DNA of 64,000 nucleotides. Source: Synechococcus sp. GTDB taxonomy: Bacteria > Cyanobacteriota > Cyanobacteriia > Thermostichales > PCC-7336. The translations under genes were made by a program, and so were the position numbers. The stretch spans positions 1 to 64,000 of the forward strand of contig JBFRWN010000065.1 of assembly GCA_051439605.1 (NCBI GenBank), given 5' to 3'. Within the stretch, counting starts at the first letter, position 1, and every line of letters begins with the position of its first letter. Below, in pieces: positions 8,522-18,611 of the stretch. Under the pieces are notes generated by a model. The model saw only the letters and a program-made list of their open reading frames with translations, ran no database searches and was not told the DNA's origin.

Positions 8522-9718
8522 TCAGTTCCCAGTGCTGGGATACACCCGTCCCTTCCAGGCTCCCCCCTTTCCCTGCCAGTGCTGCAGAGCAGAATCCACC
8601 GTCATCAAGGTATAGAGAAACGCGATCGCCGGTAGCGTCAAGGCCCACAGCGGTGACTGGTGATAGAACTTCAGGGTGGGCCAGTAGGAGAGTGCCATCA
8701 GTCCCCAGGTGGCGGCAGCAGCGATGGCAGCCATCCACTGATGGGCAAGCAAGCTCCACACCAGTCCAATCGGAGCCACCAGATAAATCAAGGTCATGGC
8801 CAACAGTGTTCCCAGCAGCAATAGGGTGGAGTAGTTCAGCTGGGTGAAGGCGGTGCGGGCCACCATTTTCCAAACGGTGTTCAAATCGGAATAGGGGCGC
8901 AAACTCACGATGTCAGAGCCCAACCCCAGCCAGATGCGGCTTTTGCCATCGGGGGTATCGGGGGACGGACTTTCCTTAACTTTTGCCGCCAGCGTACAGT
9001 CATCGATTAACGCTTCCTTCAGACAGCCCATACCACCAATCCGTTGCAGAGCCGCGCTGCGAATCAGAATGCAACCCCCCGCCGCCCCCGCCATATTCCG
9101 ATTGGGGTTATTCACCCAGCGGAAGGGGTAGAGCTTCATAAAAAAGAAGATGAAGGCGGGAATCAAGAACCGTTCCCAAGTGCTTTCGCAGCGCAGCCGT
9201 ACCATTACCGAGGCCATATCCAATTGCCGAGCAGTGGCCAATGCCATCAGCCGCCTCAAGTTCAGGGGGTCGTGCCGGATATCCGCATCTGTCAGCAGAA
9301 TGTAGTCCGGGTTGTAGTTGGCGATCGCAAACTGCGTCCCCTGCTCCATGGCCCACAGCTTTCCAGTCCAACCCGGCGGTAAGTCTTGCCCCGAGAGGAT
9401 TTCAAGCTGCCGATCGCCTCCAACCTCGTCCGCCGCTGCCCGCGCAATTTCCCCCGTACCATCCGAGCTTTGATCGTCCACCAAGACAATTTTCAGGTCA
9501 CCTGGGTATTCTTGCTCCAGCAGCGCCCGCACGGTGATACCGATTGTTTCCGCCTCATCTCGGGCGGGAATCACGGCGCACACAGAAGGCCATTCTGGTG
9601 GTTCAGGAAGATTGTCTTTGAGCTGTTGATCGGCGGTCCAAAACATTCCCCGCAGGGTAAGCAGGCCCACCCAGATGACCAGCGATAACAAGATGATGCC
9701 CAATGCGATCGCGCTCAT
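8522..9718 (-). CDS. hpnB: Hopene-associated GT2 glycosyltransferase
   Basis: IPARDEA, VDDQSSDGT, LPPGWTGKLWA, LTDADI, ALIDDC, WKMVARTAFTQL, GGAWKGR; divergent from shc. Confidence 0.85.
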   Translation of the reverse strand: MSAIALGIILLSLVIWVGLLTLRGMFWTADQQLKDNLPEPPEWPSVCAVIPARDEAETIGITVRALLEQEYPGDLKIVLVDDQSSDGTGEIARAAADEVGGDRQLEILSGQDLPPGWTGKLWAMEQGTQFAIANYNPDYILLTDADIRHDPLNLRRLMALATARQLDMASVMVRLRCESTWERFLIPAFIFFFMKLYPFRWVNNPNRNMAGAAGGCILIRSAALQRIGGMGCLKEALIDDCTLAAKVKESPSPDTPDGKSRIWLGLGSDIVSLRPYSDLNTVWKMVARTAFTQLNYSTLLLLGTLLAMTLIYLVAPIGLVWSLLAHQWMAAIAAAATWGLMALSYWPTLKFYHQSPLWALTLPAIAFLYTLMTVDSALQHWQGKGGAWKGRVYPSTGN

Positions 9719-9838
9719 GTTGGCAAAGTTCGGTGTTGTTCACGCTCAACCCTACAATGTCAGCATCCGTTCGAAAACTTGAAGAAACCTGAGACTGTCG
9801 TCCAGCCAGTCTCATCGGTGCAGAGGAGTGACCCGTTC

Positions 9839-11770
9839 ATGCAAACTCAGGACAGACCCGCAGCAACAAAAAGCTTGGCGGACACGATTGCTGCCAGTCA
9901 CGAGTATTTACTCTCGCAGCAGGACGAGGAAGGGTACTGGTGGGCAGAACTGGAGTCCAACGTCACCATCACCGTTGAGGTGTTGCTGCTCCACAAAATT
10001 TGGGGCACAGCCAGCGATCGTCCCGTTCATAAAATCGAGTCGTATTTGCGCCAGCAGCAGCGGAACCACGGCGGTTGGGAGCTATATTTTGGCGATGGTG
10101 GCGAGCTAAGTACCTCTGTGGAAGCCTACATGGGTCTGCGTCTGTGTGGCGTCCCGGCGAATGACCCAGCTTTGCTGAAGGCCAAAGACTTTATTCTGGC
10201 TAGGGGTGGCATCAGCAAAACCCGCATCTTCACCAAATTCCATCTAGCCCTGATTGGCTGTTACGACTGGAAGGGGCTGCCCTCGATTCCGCCCTGGATT
10301 ATGTTCCTGCCGGAATGGGGACCGTTTACGATTTACGACATGTCCAGTTGGGCGCGAGGCAGTACGGTGCCGCTGGCGATCGTGTTTGACCGCAAGCCGG
10401 TGTACGACGTCAATCCGCAGTTCGATATGAAGGAGCTGTACGCCGAAGGATACTTCAACGCTAAATTCGAGCTGCCCAAGAACAACGACTGGTCGGATAT
10501 CTTCGTCCACCTCGACAGCGTCTTCAAGCTGGGAGAAACCCTAGGGCTAGTGCCCCTGCGGGAAGAAGGTCTGCGGGAAGCGGAAAAGTGGGTGCTGGAG
10601 CGGCAGGAAGCAACGGGTGACTGGGGGGGCATTATCCCCGCCATGCTCAACTCTATGTTGGCCCTGAAAGCTCTGGATTATGACCTCCGTGACCCAATTG
10701 TCGATCGTGGCATGAAAGCCATCGATAACTTTGCGATCGAGCATGAAAACGACTACCACATCCAGCCCTGTATCTCCCCCATTTGGGATACTGCTTGGGT
10801 GGTGCGGGCAATGGCAGAGTCCGGATGCGATCGCGACCATCCCAAGTTAGTGCAGGCCACTCAATGGCTGATTGACAAGCAAATCTTGGATTACGGCGAC
10901 TGGATCGTGAAAAATCCCCAGGCCAATCCCGGTGGCTGGGCGTTTGAATTCGACAACCGCTTTTACCCCGATCTGGATGATTCGGCGGTGGTGGTGATGG
11001 CCATCAACCAAATTGAGATGCCGAACGAGGCGTTGAAGCAGGGCTGCATCGATCGCGCCAATAGCTGGATGCAAACCATGCAGTGCAAACAGGGGGGCTG
11101 GGGTGCGTTCGATATCAACAACGATGCCGACTGGTTGAATAGCCTGCCCTATGGCGACCTCAAGGCCATGATTGACCCCAATACGGCAGATGTGACCGCC
11201 CGCGTGTTGGAGATGCTGGGGGAGTGCAATCTGACGATGGAAGTCGGTCGGGTGGATCGGGCGATCGCGTACTTGAAGGGAGAGCAGGAGGCAGACGGTA
11301 GCTGGTTTGGTCGCTGGGGGGTGAATTATATCTACGGCACCAGTGGGGCTTTGTCGGCATTTGCCCAGCTGCGACCGGAAGAACATCAGAACGAGCTGCT
11401 GCGGGGGGCGGCTTGGCTGGTGAAGTATCAGAACGAAGATGGTGGCTGGGGGGAAACCTGCGACAGCTATCGCGATCCGGAATTGCGCGGTCAGGGGGAT
11501 AGCACGGCGTCTCAGACGGCTTGGTCCCTGATCGGTTTACTAGCAGTAGGGCACGCCACAGGGAAGTGGGAGCCTGAGGTTTTGCGTCGCGGCGTACAGT
11601 ACCTGATAGACACCCAAAGGGAAGATGGCACGTGGGATGAGGACTGGTTTACCGGCACCGGCTTCCCCCAACATTTCTACCTGAAGTACCACTACTATCA
11701 GCAGTATTTCCCACTGTTGGCGTTGGGTCGCTATCAAACTGCTTGCAAGGAAGTTCCTGAGTTAGTTTGA
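9839..11770 (+). CDS. shc: Squalene-hopene cyclase
   Basis: Catalytic YPDLDDSA (DxDD) motif, QW repeats, FTGTGFP; GAGGAG RBS before ATG 9839. Confidence 0.97.
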   Translation: MQTQDRPAATKSLADTIAASHEYLLSQQDEEGYWWAELESNVTITVEVLLLHKIWGTASDRPVHKIESYLRQQQRNHGGWELYFGDGGELSTSVEAYMGLRLCGVPANDPALLKAKDFILARGGISKTRIFTKFHLALIGCYDWKGLPSIPPWIMFLPEWGPFTIYDMSSWARGSTVPLAIVFDRKPVYDVNPQFDMKELYAEGYFNAKFELPKNNDWSDIFVHLDSVFKLGETLGLVPLREEGLREAEKWVLERQEATGDWGGIIPAMLNSMLALKALDYDLRDPIVDRGMKAIDNFAIEHENDYHIQPCISPIWDTAWVVRAMAESGCDRDHPKLVQATQWLIDKQILDYGDWIVKNPQANPGGWAFEFDNRFYPDLDDSAVVVMAINQIEMPNEALKQGCIDRANSWMQTMQCKQGGWGAFDINNDADWLNSLPYGDLKAMIDPNTADVTARVLEMLGECNLTMEVGRVDRAIAYLKGEQEADGSWFGRWGVNYIYGTSGALSAFAQLRPEEHQNELLRGAAWLVKYQNEDGGWGETCDSYRDPELRGQGDSTASQTAWSLIGLLAVGHATGKWEPEVLRRGVQYLIDTQREDGTWDEDWFTGTGFPQHFYLKYHYYQQYFPLLALGRYQTACKEVPELV

Positions 11771-12166
11771 CCCTCCTCAGCATTTTTTCGAAGCAACGAT
11801 CTAGCTCAGCATCTTAAAGTCACCGAGTCTATTTTTCTGAGCTTGATTTTGTTCGATCGAACCCACACATTAAAACCAGCATGTCGCGAGAGGGCTCCGA
11901 TCGAAGGGCATGCCTCTCCGTCGGCAAACGGTACATGTCGAGAGGCATTCTGTACTGACAAAACGAGCTGTTCTCTAAAAACCGAATTCTGGAGGAAGGT
12001 GCGATCGTTTCGCACTAATTCACGAAATTTGAGTGAAAAACTGCATAACTGCAGCTGAGCTAGGGATAGGTTTACATGTCCGCATCAGTCCCTCACAATG
12101 TCTACGTTGGTGAGACAATTGAGCTTTACCATCGATGCTCAAGCACTAAAGCGATCGCCGATCTAT

Positions 12167-13672
12167 ATGGGCTCTGCCTCTCGATATTGGAGGTTCGTGC
12201 GGATTGATGCTGCAGGGAAGCGCAAGATTGATAGTCTTGCGCCTGTAAAAACATTCTTTCAGCAACAGTTTGCCGACTCTATCTATCAGCTCAACGTGTC
12301 TGATGAAGACGCTCAATGTCGTTTGGTGCAATGGATGCGCGGGGGGGACGGGACAGGTTATGTCGATCGCGCGAGGTTTGCTGAAATCTGTTTGCGCTGT
12401 TTTATCTCTAACGCGATCGAGCAGGTGTGCGTTCAGCTCGAGAAACAATTTGGCAGCAAGCATGGGTTTTCCCGCTACGACCTGTTTCCGTTTGTCTTAG
12501 ACGACACGAATCCCCTGAGGGACAACTATGTCCAGCGAGACAGACCCCCTCTACCAGACACAGTTTCAATCGGGCGTTCTCGTCCCCTAGGGGAAACTCA
12601 GTCCGTCGAAAGCTACCGATCCTCCATTGACGATATCCTGCAAAACTTTGACCCCGAACGGGGCAGCCTCACCACATGGACCGTGCGTCTGGTCCGTCGC
12701 CATCGGGAACTGAATGCCTATCTGTTGGAATGTGGCGTTTACCTGATTAGCGACTGGGCCATTTTGAACGACACTAGTCCACAACAGGTGAGACGCATCC
12801 TCTCAGACTTTCACACTCTGACTGAGGGGGAAATTGTCATGGCATCCACGTTGCTGGCTGCCTTCCATGCGGTGTATCGCCAAGATCGATTGGAGCAACG
12901 TCGGACAGGGAGCACAGGTCGTTGCCACCCACCCTCTGAGCCGCAGCTGCGACGGATGGCGGATTTTATACTGGAAAGGAGTCAAGCTCCCAAGCAGCAA
13001 ACGCTGGGGAATGCGGCTCCCAGCAGATTATTGAGCCTGTTACAGGAATTGGCGGAACGGCTGCGGCAATATCGCATCCACGCCCGTGGAGGACCTGCTC
13101 CCGCGGATCCTCTAGATGGGAATAGCGTTCGAGAACTGCAGTTGGAGGATACTCGTCACCACAATGACGAGCGTGAAGAGCAGAGTGAGTTTTTGACCTT
13201 CTACCGCCAACAATTCTCCCACTGTATGGATCGAGCGATCGCCGATACCATCGAGCGCTGGGTCACCACCCTACAGCGAAAAAAAACTCCAAAACATCAA
13301 CAGTTTTTGCAGGCGCTGGCTTTGTTTCACGAGCAAGGACTCTCTATGGGGGAGATTGCTCCTAAGGTGGGGCTCCAAGCCCAATACCAGGTATCGCGAC
13401 TGCTCAAGCTCAAAGAGCTGCGGGCTGACATTCGTCAATCGTTGTTGCTGGAGCTCCGGGAGCGCGTCATGAAAAAGGCGGGAGATTACCACAGCGATTT
13501 GGGGCAGCTACAGGCGATGGATCGCAAAATCGAAGCCGCCCTCTCCGAACAGGTGGATAACATTTTGCACGAGGCAGCAGCAGAAGCCAGCGTTGCCCAG
13601 AGATCTCCAGTCCGCAGCCTATATACCCGCCGTCTCTGCCAATATTTGAATTCCAGGAGCCAGACCCCATGA
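12167..13672 (+). CDS. Sigma-70-like/HTH regulatory protein of the type found upstream of DUF1822 genes (alternative start 12098)
   Basis: Region-2-like FDPERGSLTTWT and C-terminal HTH-like LFHEQGLSMGEIAPKVGLQAQYQVSRLL; ATGA overlap with the next gene. Confidence 0.65.
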   Translation: MGSASRYWRFVRIDAAGKRKIDSLAPVKTFFQQQFADSIYQLNVSDEDAQCRLVQWMRGGDGTGYVDRARFAEICLRCFISNAIEQVCVQLEKQFGSKHGFSRYDLFPFVLDDTNPLRDNYVQRDRPPLPDTVSIGRSRPLGETQSVESYRSSIDDILQNFDPERGSLTTWTVRLVRRHRELNAYLLECGVYLISDWAILNDTSPQQVRRILSDFHTLTEGEIVMASTLLAAFHAVYRQDRLEQRRTGSTGRCHPPSEPQLRRMADFILERSQAPKQQTLGNAAPSRLLSLLQELAERLRQYRIHARGGPAPADPLDGNSVRELQLEDTRHHNDEREEQSEFLTFYRQQFSHCMDRAIADTIERWVTTLQRKKTPKHQQFLQALALFHEQGLSMGEIAPKVGLQAQYQVSRLLKLKELRADIRQSLLLELRERVMKKAGDYHSDLGQLQAMDRKIEAALSEQVDNILHEAAAEASVAQRSPVRSLYTRRLCQYLNSRSQTP

Positions 13673-15075
13673 TGTACGACTCCACTACGACCAATTTTTC
13701 GTTAGATTTTGAGGGCATTCCTGCAGCTGGAGTACAGTTGCGCCCCTCCAGCATTCAGCAAGCGGGGAAAATCGGGCAGTCAGCTATTGGGGAAGAGCAG
13801 CAGTGGTCTGTCTATCTCCAAGCTTTGGCTCTGTTTGGATTTGAAGACTGGCTTAGGGACAGCAGTTGCCCGCTTGCGCTGCAATCTGAGCAGTGTACGA
13901 CTCTACTGCCGTCCTTTGCTAACTTACTCTCGGCTGCCTGCAATCTAAAGGTTGGAGATTTCACCCTCTGCTTGGTCCCCATCGGAAGCTTGGGAGAGCG
14001 CTGGGTGAACCTTCCGTGGGCGGCGATCGAGTTGCCGGGATTTGCGGCCCATTTCTACGTCTTAGTGGAGGTACTAGAAGACTGCGATAGCAGCCAGATA
14101 TTAGGGGCAATCCCTCGCAACCTGCTGCTCGAACGTGTCAACAGCATGGCCAGTCCCGAGACTGAGGGCAATGCTGTCACCACTGATGCAGGCTCCGATC
14201 GAGGGGATTGGTCCTGTCGCATCCCTGTCGATTGGTTCAGCTTTGGCAGCGAAGATCTACTCCTGTGGTTGCGAGCAGCTAATGCCAACCTGCTTTCTCC
14301 GCCCAACTCTTCTGCTCATCTTTCCCCCAACCAGCACTCTGCTCTCCAGCCCATCACCGAGCAGTTGCGGGCAAGACTCCTCCAGCTACAGCCTCAACTG
14401 GCCCACAAGCCCATCTGGCAGTTTCTGAATTGGGAGCAGGGTCAATATCTAATGCAAAATCCGGGATGGGTCAACTGGTTATATCTAGTCGCCAGCGGAG
14501 CCACCAATCCCGTCATACCCTCAGAACAAGTACCCGAGGTTAATACCCCGAGCTTCGGCGAGCAAGCCCTTAATGTTGGACTGTGGCTGCAGGAGCGCAT
14601 GGACGCAGTTGCCGAAGAGTTGGCCTGGGTGTTGATGCCCCCTCTGTCTCCGCAAATGCGTGCGGTTCAAGAGGATGTGGACGCTATCGTGGGCGAGCTC
14701 GAACGGGACGGTATCTTGGTACCCACCCCTGCTCGCGGTGCCTATCTCCCCCTGCAATGGTCTGAACTGAACTTAAGGCTCTATGCCTTTACCTGGGCCC
14801 ATCTATCCTCAGGCAACGTGCCCGAATGGACTTTACTTTTGGTGTTAGGGCCACAACCCGGTCAAGCGCTCCCCCCAGACACCCGACTGCTGGTTAGGGA
14901 TGCATTGCAGCTCTTAGTCGAGCAGACCTCATCCCCCGAATTGGATGAGAGCTACCTCTACGCCCACGTGGTGGGGACTTGGGAAGAACAATTCTGGGTC
15001 ACGATTGAGGGGAATGCCTCTCAGCCCGACTCGGCAATTTCTCTTCCCCCTTTCAGTTTCAGCCCAGCGTCGTAA
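13669..15075 (+). CDS. DUF1822 family protein
   Basis: YLQALAL.GFEDWL, CNLKVGDF.LCL, AHFYVLVEV.E and C-terminal LLLVLGP...LP....L.V.D...YLYA.VVG..EEQF.VTI. Confidence 0.8.
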   Translation: MMYDSTTTNFSLDFEGIPAAGVQLRPSSIQQAGKIGQSAIGEEQQWSVYLQALALFGFEDWLRDSSCPLALQSEQCTTLLPSFANLLSAACNLKVGDFTLCLVPIGSLGERWVNLPWAAIELPGFAAHFYVLVEVLEDCDSSQILGAIPRNLLLERVNSMASPETEGNAVTTDAGSDRGDWSCRIPVDWFSFGSEDLLLWLRAANANLLSPPNSSAHLSPNQHSALQPITEQLRARLLQLQPQLAHKPIWQFLNWEQGQYLMQNPGWVNWLYLVASGATNPVIPSEQVPEVNTPSFGEQALNVGLWLQERMDAVAEELAWVLMPPLSPQMRAVQEDVDAIVGELERDGILVPTPARGAYLPLQWSELNLRLYAFTWAHLSSGNVPEWTLLLVLGPQPGQALPPDTRLLVRDALQLLVEQTSSPELDESYLYAHVVGTWEEQFWVTIEGNASQPDSAISLPPFSFSPAS

Positions 15076-15079
15076 AGCT

Positions 15080-17788
15080 ATGCCTCTTTCCTCTGGTACC
15101 TACATAGCCAACAGCTACGGGAATAGGAGGGGAACCTTTCGCGCTTCAACCTCTGCGATCGCCTATCGGCTGAAAATCCAGCAGTTGCACAATGTCTGTT
15201 TCTTTCAGCTGACTTGGGGTATCAGCCAACAACTGTCAGCTGCTCTGGCGTATCCCAAGGGAATAACAACGGCCTACGAAGAATGGAGGCGCGCTTATCT
15301 CAGTTTCTACAACAAGTCCGTCTGTGCAGCTCCTGAACTCAAGCCGATCTCCCAACCTGACAGCGGAGGAGACCCCCCTTCCCAAGGAATGTCATCCCCA
15401 GAACAGGACAAGGGAAAAGGTCAGTTGTCGCCCTTTCGTAAAACCCTAGACCCTCGTCAGTCCGGTTCTGACCCAAAGTCTCCTATGCGCGGGCGCGTCG
15501 CCGCCTCAGGGCGGCTAAAGCCTGTTACCAACGATCGCCAAGCTCGGCTAGCTAAAGCGGAAGCCAACCTCTTGCACCAATTTCAGCGCTGGTTGCGCAG
15601 TTCAGAACTCTATGAAATTCGAGCAGAAATTGCTCGCGCCGCCCGAGAGTCAGGGGAAAATGCCGACGGTCAAAATCCACAACCCATCGACCTCGTCCTT
15701 ACCTGCAGTCCTACCGACCTCGAACGGCTGCCTTGGGAAACTTGGGAAATTGGGGAGGAGCTGGCATCCTCCAGCAACATACGCATCAGTCGCTGTCCCC
15801 TGAACGTGCGGCGGGAAGCCTTCAAAATTCCACAACACCGGAAAAGCCGCATGCGGGTATTGGCCATCATGGGGGACGATCGGGGGCTGGACTTTGAAGT
15901 CGATCGCAAAGCTGTATCCCGTCTGGCTCCGATCGCAGACATCCAGTATTTAGGCTATCGACCCGGCATCTCTCCGGCTGCACTCAAGGCGGACATTGTC
16001 GCCACGATTGACGACGATCGCGGCTGGGATATTCTCTTTTTTGCCGGTCACAGCACTGAGGCAGACATCGTGGAAGGGGACTTATCCATTGCCCCCAACA
16101 CCGTTCTATCCATTAAAGATCTCGTGCCCTACCTTCAGCGGGCCTGCAAGCGGGGGCTGCAGTTTGCCATTTTCAACTCATGCAGTGGTTTAGGTCTGGC
16201 CCGGACTTGTATTGATGCCGGCTTAAGCCAAGTCGCCATTGCGCGGGAGCCCATCCACAATCAAGTGGCACAGGAGTTTTTGGTGTGTTTGCTACAACAG
16301 CTCTCGGCGGGGGCGGATGCCCATGACGCCGTTCGGGCTGCCAGTCGATGGTTCAAGCTGGAGAAAAATTTTACGTATCCGTCCGCCTATCTGCTGCCTT
16401 CGTTTTTCAGGCATCCCGACACAGCACTCTTTCAACTGGAATCCCTCACCCTCCAGCAGAAGCTAGTCCAGCTGTTGCCCAATCGCTCTCAGGCGATTGT
16501 GGCCGCGGTGGTGGCGATCGCCAGTTTGCTGCCAGGGGTTCAAGATGGATTGTTGCAAAATCGGACATTTGCTCAGGCTGTCTATCGAGATATAACCGGC
16601 CAAGTGCCGGCAACCACCACTCCCCCTGTTCTGTTAGTGCAAATCGAACGGGAGTCGATTGCTCGGGCCAATATGGCCGACCCTTACCCCATGGATCGAC
16701 AGTATTTGGCCAGTCTGGTCGAACGCCTGAGTGCCGCCGCCTTTCCTGCCATAGGTATTGACTATCTGCTCGATCGCCCCCAAGCCAATAACGATGAAGT
16801 GTTTGCCAACTCTGTGCGGCAGGCGGTGGAGGAACGGGGGTCATGGATGGTGCTGGCTGCCATCAGCCGCTACTACTCTTCCGCTGCCGCCAGGGACATT
16901 GCCCCGTTGGAATGGACACTGCGGGGGGATATTTTCTCCTACCCTAATTACATCAAGCTGCCTTGGCGCGGGGCCTGCTACGAGCAAACCTGCCCCTTTG
17001 CCTATGTTCTAGCCCTGTCTTATACCCTCAGTCAGGAACCCCTCAGCTTCAACCGACTGGTTCCCCATCCTAGTAGTGATGCGTATTTGCAAGCCCAGCT
17101 GGTGGATACCGTTCACAGCATTTCTGCACCGGGGAGCCCCACCAGACGACTGGCCAACCTCCACAAATCCCCCATTACCGAAGTCTCCAATTTCATCGGT
17201 CAGCTGTGGATGCAGCCGATTCTGGACTTTTCATTGCCCTCCGACTTGATTTATGAAACCGTACCCGCATGGCAAGTGCTCTCTGGTGAAGCAGATTTCG
17301 CCGCTAGTCAGCGCCAAATCGCCTTGATTGCGCCTGGAGGATATACGGAATCAGGTATCGGTGCGCCAGACTACTACGATGTACCGGCAGCGATGGAGTA
17401 TTGGCGCAATCGTCAGGGGAAGCAGGAGGAGGTCAATAGCGATCGCCCTGTTCTAGAAAGCGAGCATGTCTATACGGGAGCTGAAGCCCATGCATATAGC
17501 ATTCACCACCTGCTGAAAGGGCATTTGGTCATTCCGATTCCCGACCTGTGGATGGTGGGACTAGCACTGTTAGGAGGCAAGTGCTTGAGCTTGTGGATGA
17601 TTCGCCAACGGAGACAATCCCCAGAACGGATGCTGGCGCTGCGCTACCTAGGCGTCGGTACGGTAGCCTATACCCTGATAGTCCTGCAACTTTACATTTC
17701 GGCGGCTGTGGTGCTACCCGTTATCCTCCCCTCTCTGGCCATTTGGACCTTTGCCCTGCAGTCATTTAGGAGAACCCTACGTGATTAA
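15080..17788 (+). CDS. CHAT (caspase-family) protease fused to a CHASE2 sensor domain; membrane protein
   Basis: LPWETW, ILFFAGHS (His codon 16049), FNSCSG (Cys codon 16181), REPIHN.VA.EF; one TM; CHASE2 motifs MDRQYLA.LVE.L, IGIDYLLDRP, GAEAHAY; C-terminal TM helices. Confidence 0.88.
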   Translation: MPLSSGTYIANSYGNRRGTFRASTSAIAYRLKIQQLHNVCFFQLTWGISQQLSAALAYPKGITTAYEEWRRAYLSFYNKSVCAAPELKPISQPDSGGDPPSQGMSSPEQDKGKGQLSPFRKTLDPRQSGSDPKSPMRGRVAASGRLKPVTNDRQARLAKAEANLLHQFQRWLRSSELYEIRAEIARAARESGENADGQNPQPIDLVLTCSPTDLERLPWETWEIGEELASSSNIRISRCPLNVRREAFKIPQHRKSRMRVLAIMGDDRGLDFEVDRKAVSRLAPIADIQYLGYRPGISPAALKADIVATIDDDRGWDILFFAGHSTEADIVEGDLSIAPNTVLSIKDLVPYLQRACKRGLQFAIFNSCSGLGLARTCIDAGLSQVAIAREPIHNQVAQEFLVCLLQQLSAGADAHDAVRAASRWFKLEKNFTYPSAYLLPSFFRHPDTALFQLESLTLQQKLVQLLPNRSQAIVAAVVAIASLLPGVQDGLLQNRTFAQAVYRDITGQVPATTTPPVLLVQIERESIARANMADPYPMDRQYLASLVERLSAAAFPAIGIDYLLDRPQANNDEVFANSVRQAVEERGSWMVLAAISRYYSSAAARDIAPLEWTLRGDIFSYPNYIKLPWRGACYEQTCPFAYVLALSYTLSQEPLSFNRLVPHPSSDAYLQAQLVDTVHSISAPGSPTRRLANLHKSPITEVSNFIGQLWMQPILDFSLPSDLIYETVPAWQVLSGEADFAASQRQIALIAPGGYTESGIGAPDYYDVPAAMEYWRNRQGKQEEVNSDRPVLESEHVYTGAEAHAYSIHHLLKGHLVIPIPDLWMVGLALLGGKCLSLWMIRQRRQSPERMLALRYLGVGTVAYTLIVLQLYISAAVVLPVILPSLAIWTFALQSFRRTLRD

Positions 17789-18554
17789 CCGTCAATGGAT
17801 GCGTTGCACAATCGCTGGCTGCGCGATGCTGGCGATCGCCACGGGACTAGCGAGCTATGCCCCCGTGGCTTGGGCTCAGGAGCCCCCCTCCCCAGCCCGC
17901 AATCAAGCGGACTCGAACTCGAATCGGGCAACCAATCGGGAAGGAGGCGAACGGTCTCAGCAGCGCTCTAGCCTCAGCTCTGCCCTCAATACTCTGCGTC
18001 AGAAACTAGAGCGCCAAGAACCTCCCTTGGGGTCTCGCGGGGCTCAGTGCGCTTATTCCCCTGGATTGGTGGGGGAGAATGACACTATTTGGAGCGATCG
18101 ACCCATCTTTCTTTGGCGAGCTGCCGGTCAGACCCTCAGCCTGTACGACTACGAGTCAGAGGTATTGCTCTGGCAACGGGACGTAGAAGCCGGCACTCAC
18201 TCTACCCTCTACGACGGCGAACCCCTCACCCCCGGTGGATTATACCGGTGGGAGCTCACTCATCCAGAGGCTTCGGACTTTAACGCCACCTTTGCGGTGA
18301 TGGACATCGCTACTCGGGAAACGTTGAATGCCGAGCTGGGGCAAGCGCAGGCCAATTGGAGTGACGCCGGTCTGACAGGGGCCGAGCTTGTGGTGGCGCG
18401 AGCAACCTTCTTTGGTGATCGCCGTCTGTGGTCCGACGCCCTCCAAGAGCTGCATTCGGCTCGCGATTTTGCAGAAGTGGAGGAGATGGTGACGGATATG
18501 TCCATTTACCTCTGCGGTGCATTTGAATCAGACTTACAGGCAGCAGCAGAGTAG
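17781..18554 (+). CDS. DUF928-like exported protein
   Basis: AGGAG + GTG at 17781 overlapping the previous stop; Sec signal peptide (AWA-Q); GSRG.C, IWSDRP.FLW, L.PG..Y.W, LWSDALQEL. Confidence 0.75.
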   Translation: MINRQWMRCTIAGCAMLAIATGLASYAPVAWAQEPPSPARNQADSNSNRATNREGGERSQQRSSLSSALNTLRQKLERQEPPLGSRGAQCAYSPGLVGENDTIWSDRPIFLWRAAGQTLSLYDYESEVLLWQRDVEAGTHSTLYDGEPLTPGGLYRWELTHPEASDFNATFAVMDIATRETLNAELGQAQANWSDAGLTGAELVVARATFFGDRRLWSDALQELHSARDFAEVEEMVTDMSIYLCGAFESDLQAAAE

Positions 18555-18611
18555 GTAATCACGCCTTCATAACTTTCGCTTATGCCATAGACAGCGGAGA
18601 TAGGAGATGCC

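Noticed and set aside
14945..15079. N-terminal extension of the CHAT-CHASE2 ORF in the track
   Set aside because: It overlaps DUF1822 by about 130 nt; ATG 15080 just after the DUF1822 stop is more plausible.
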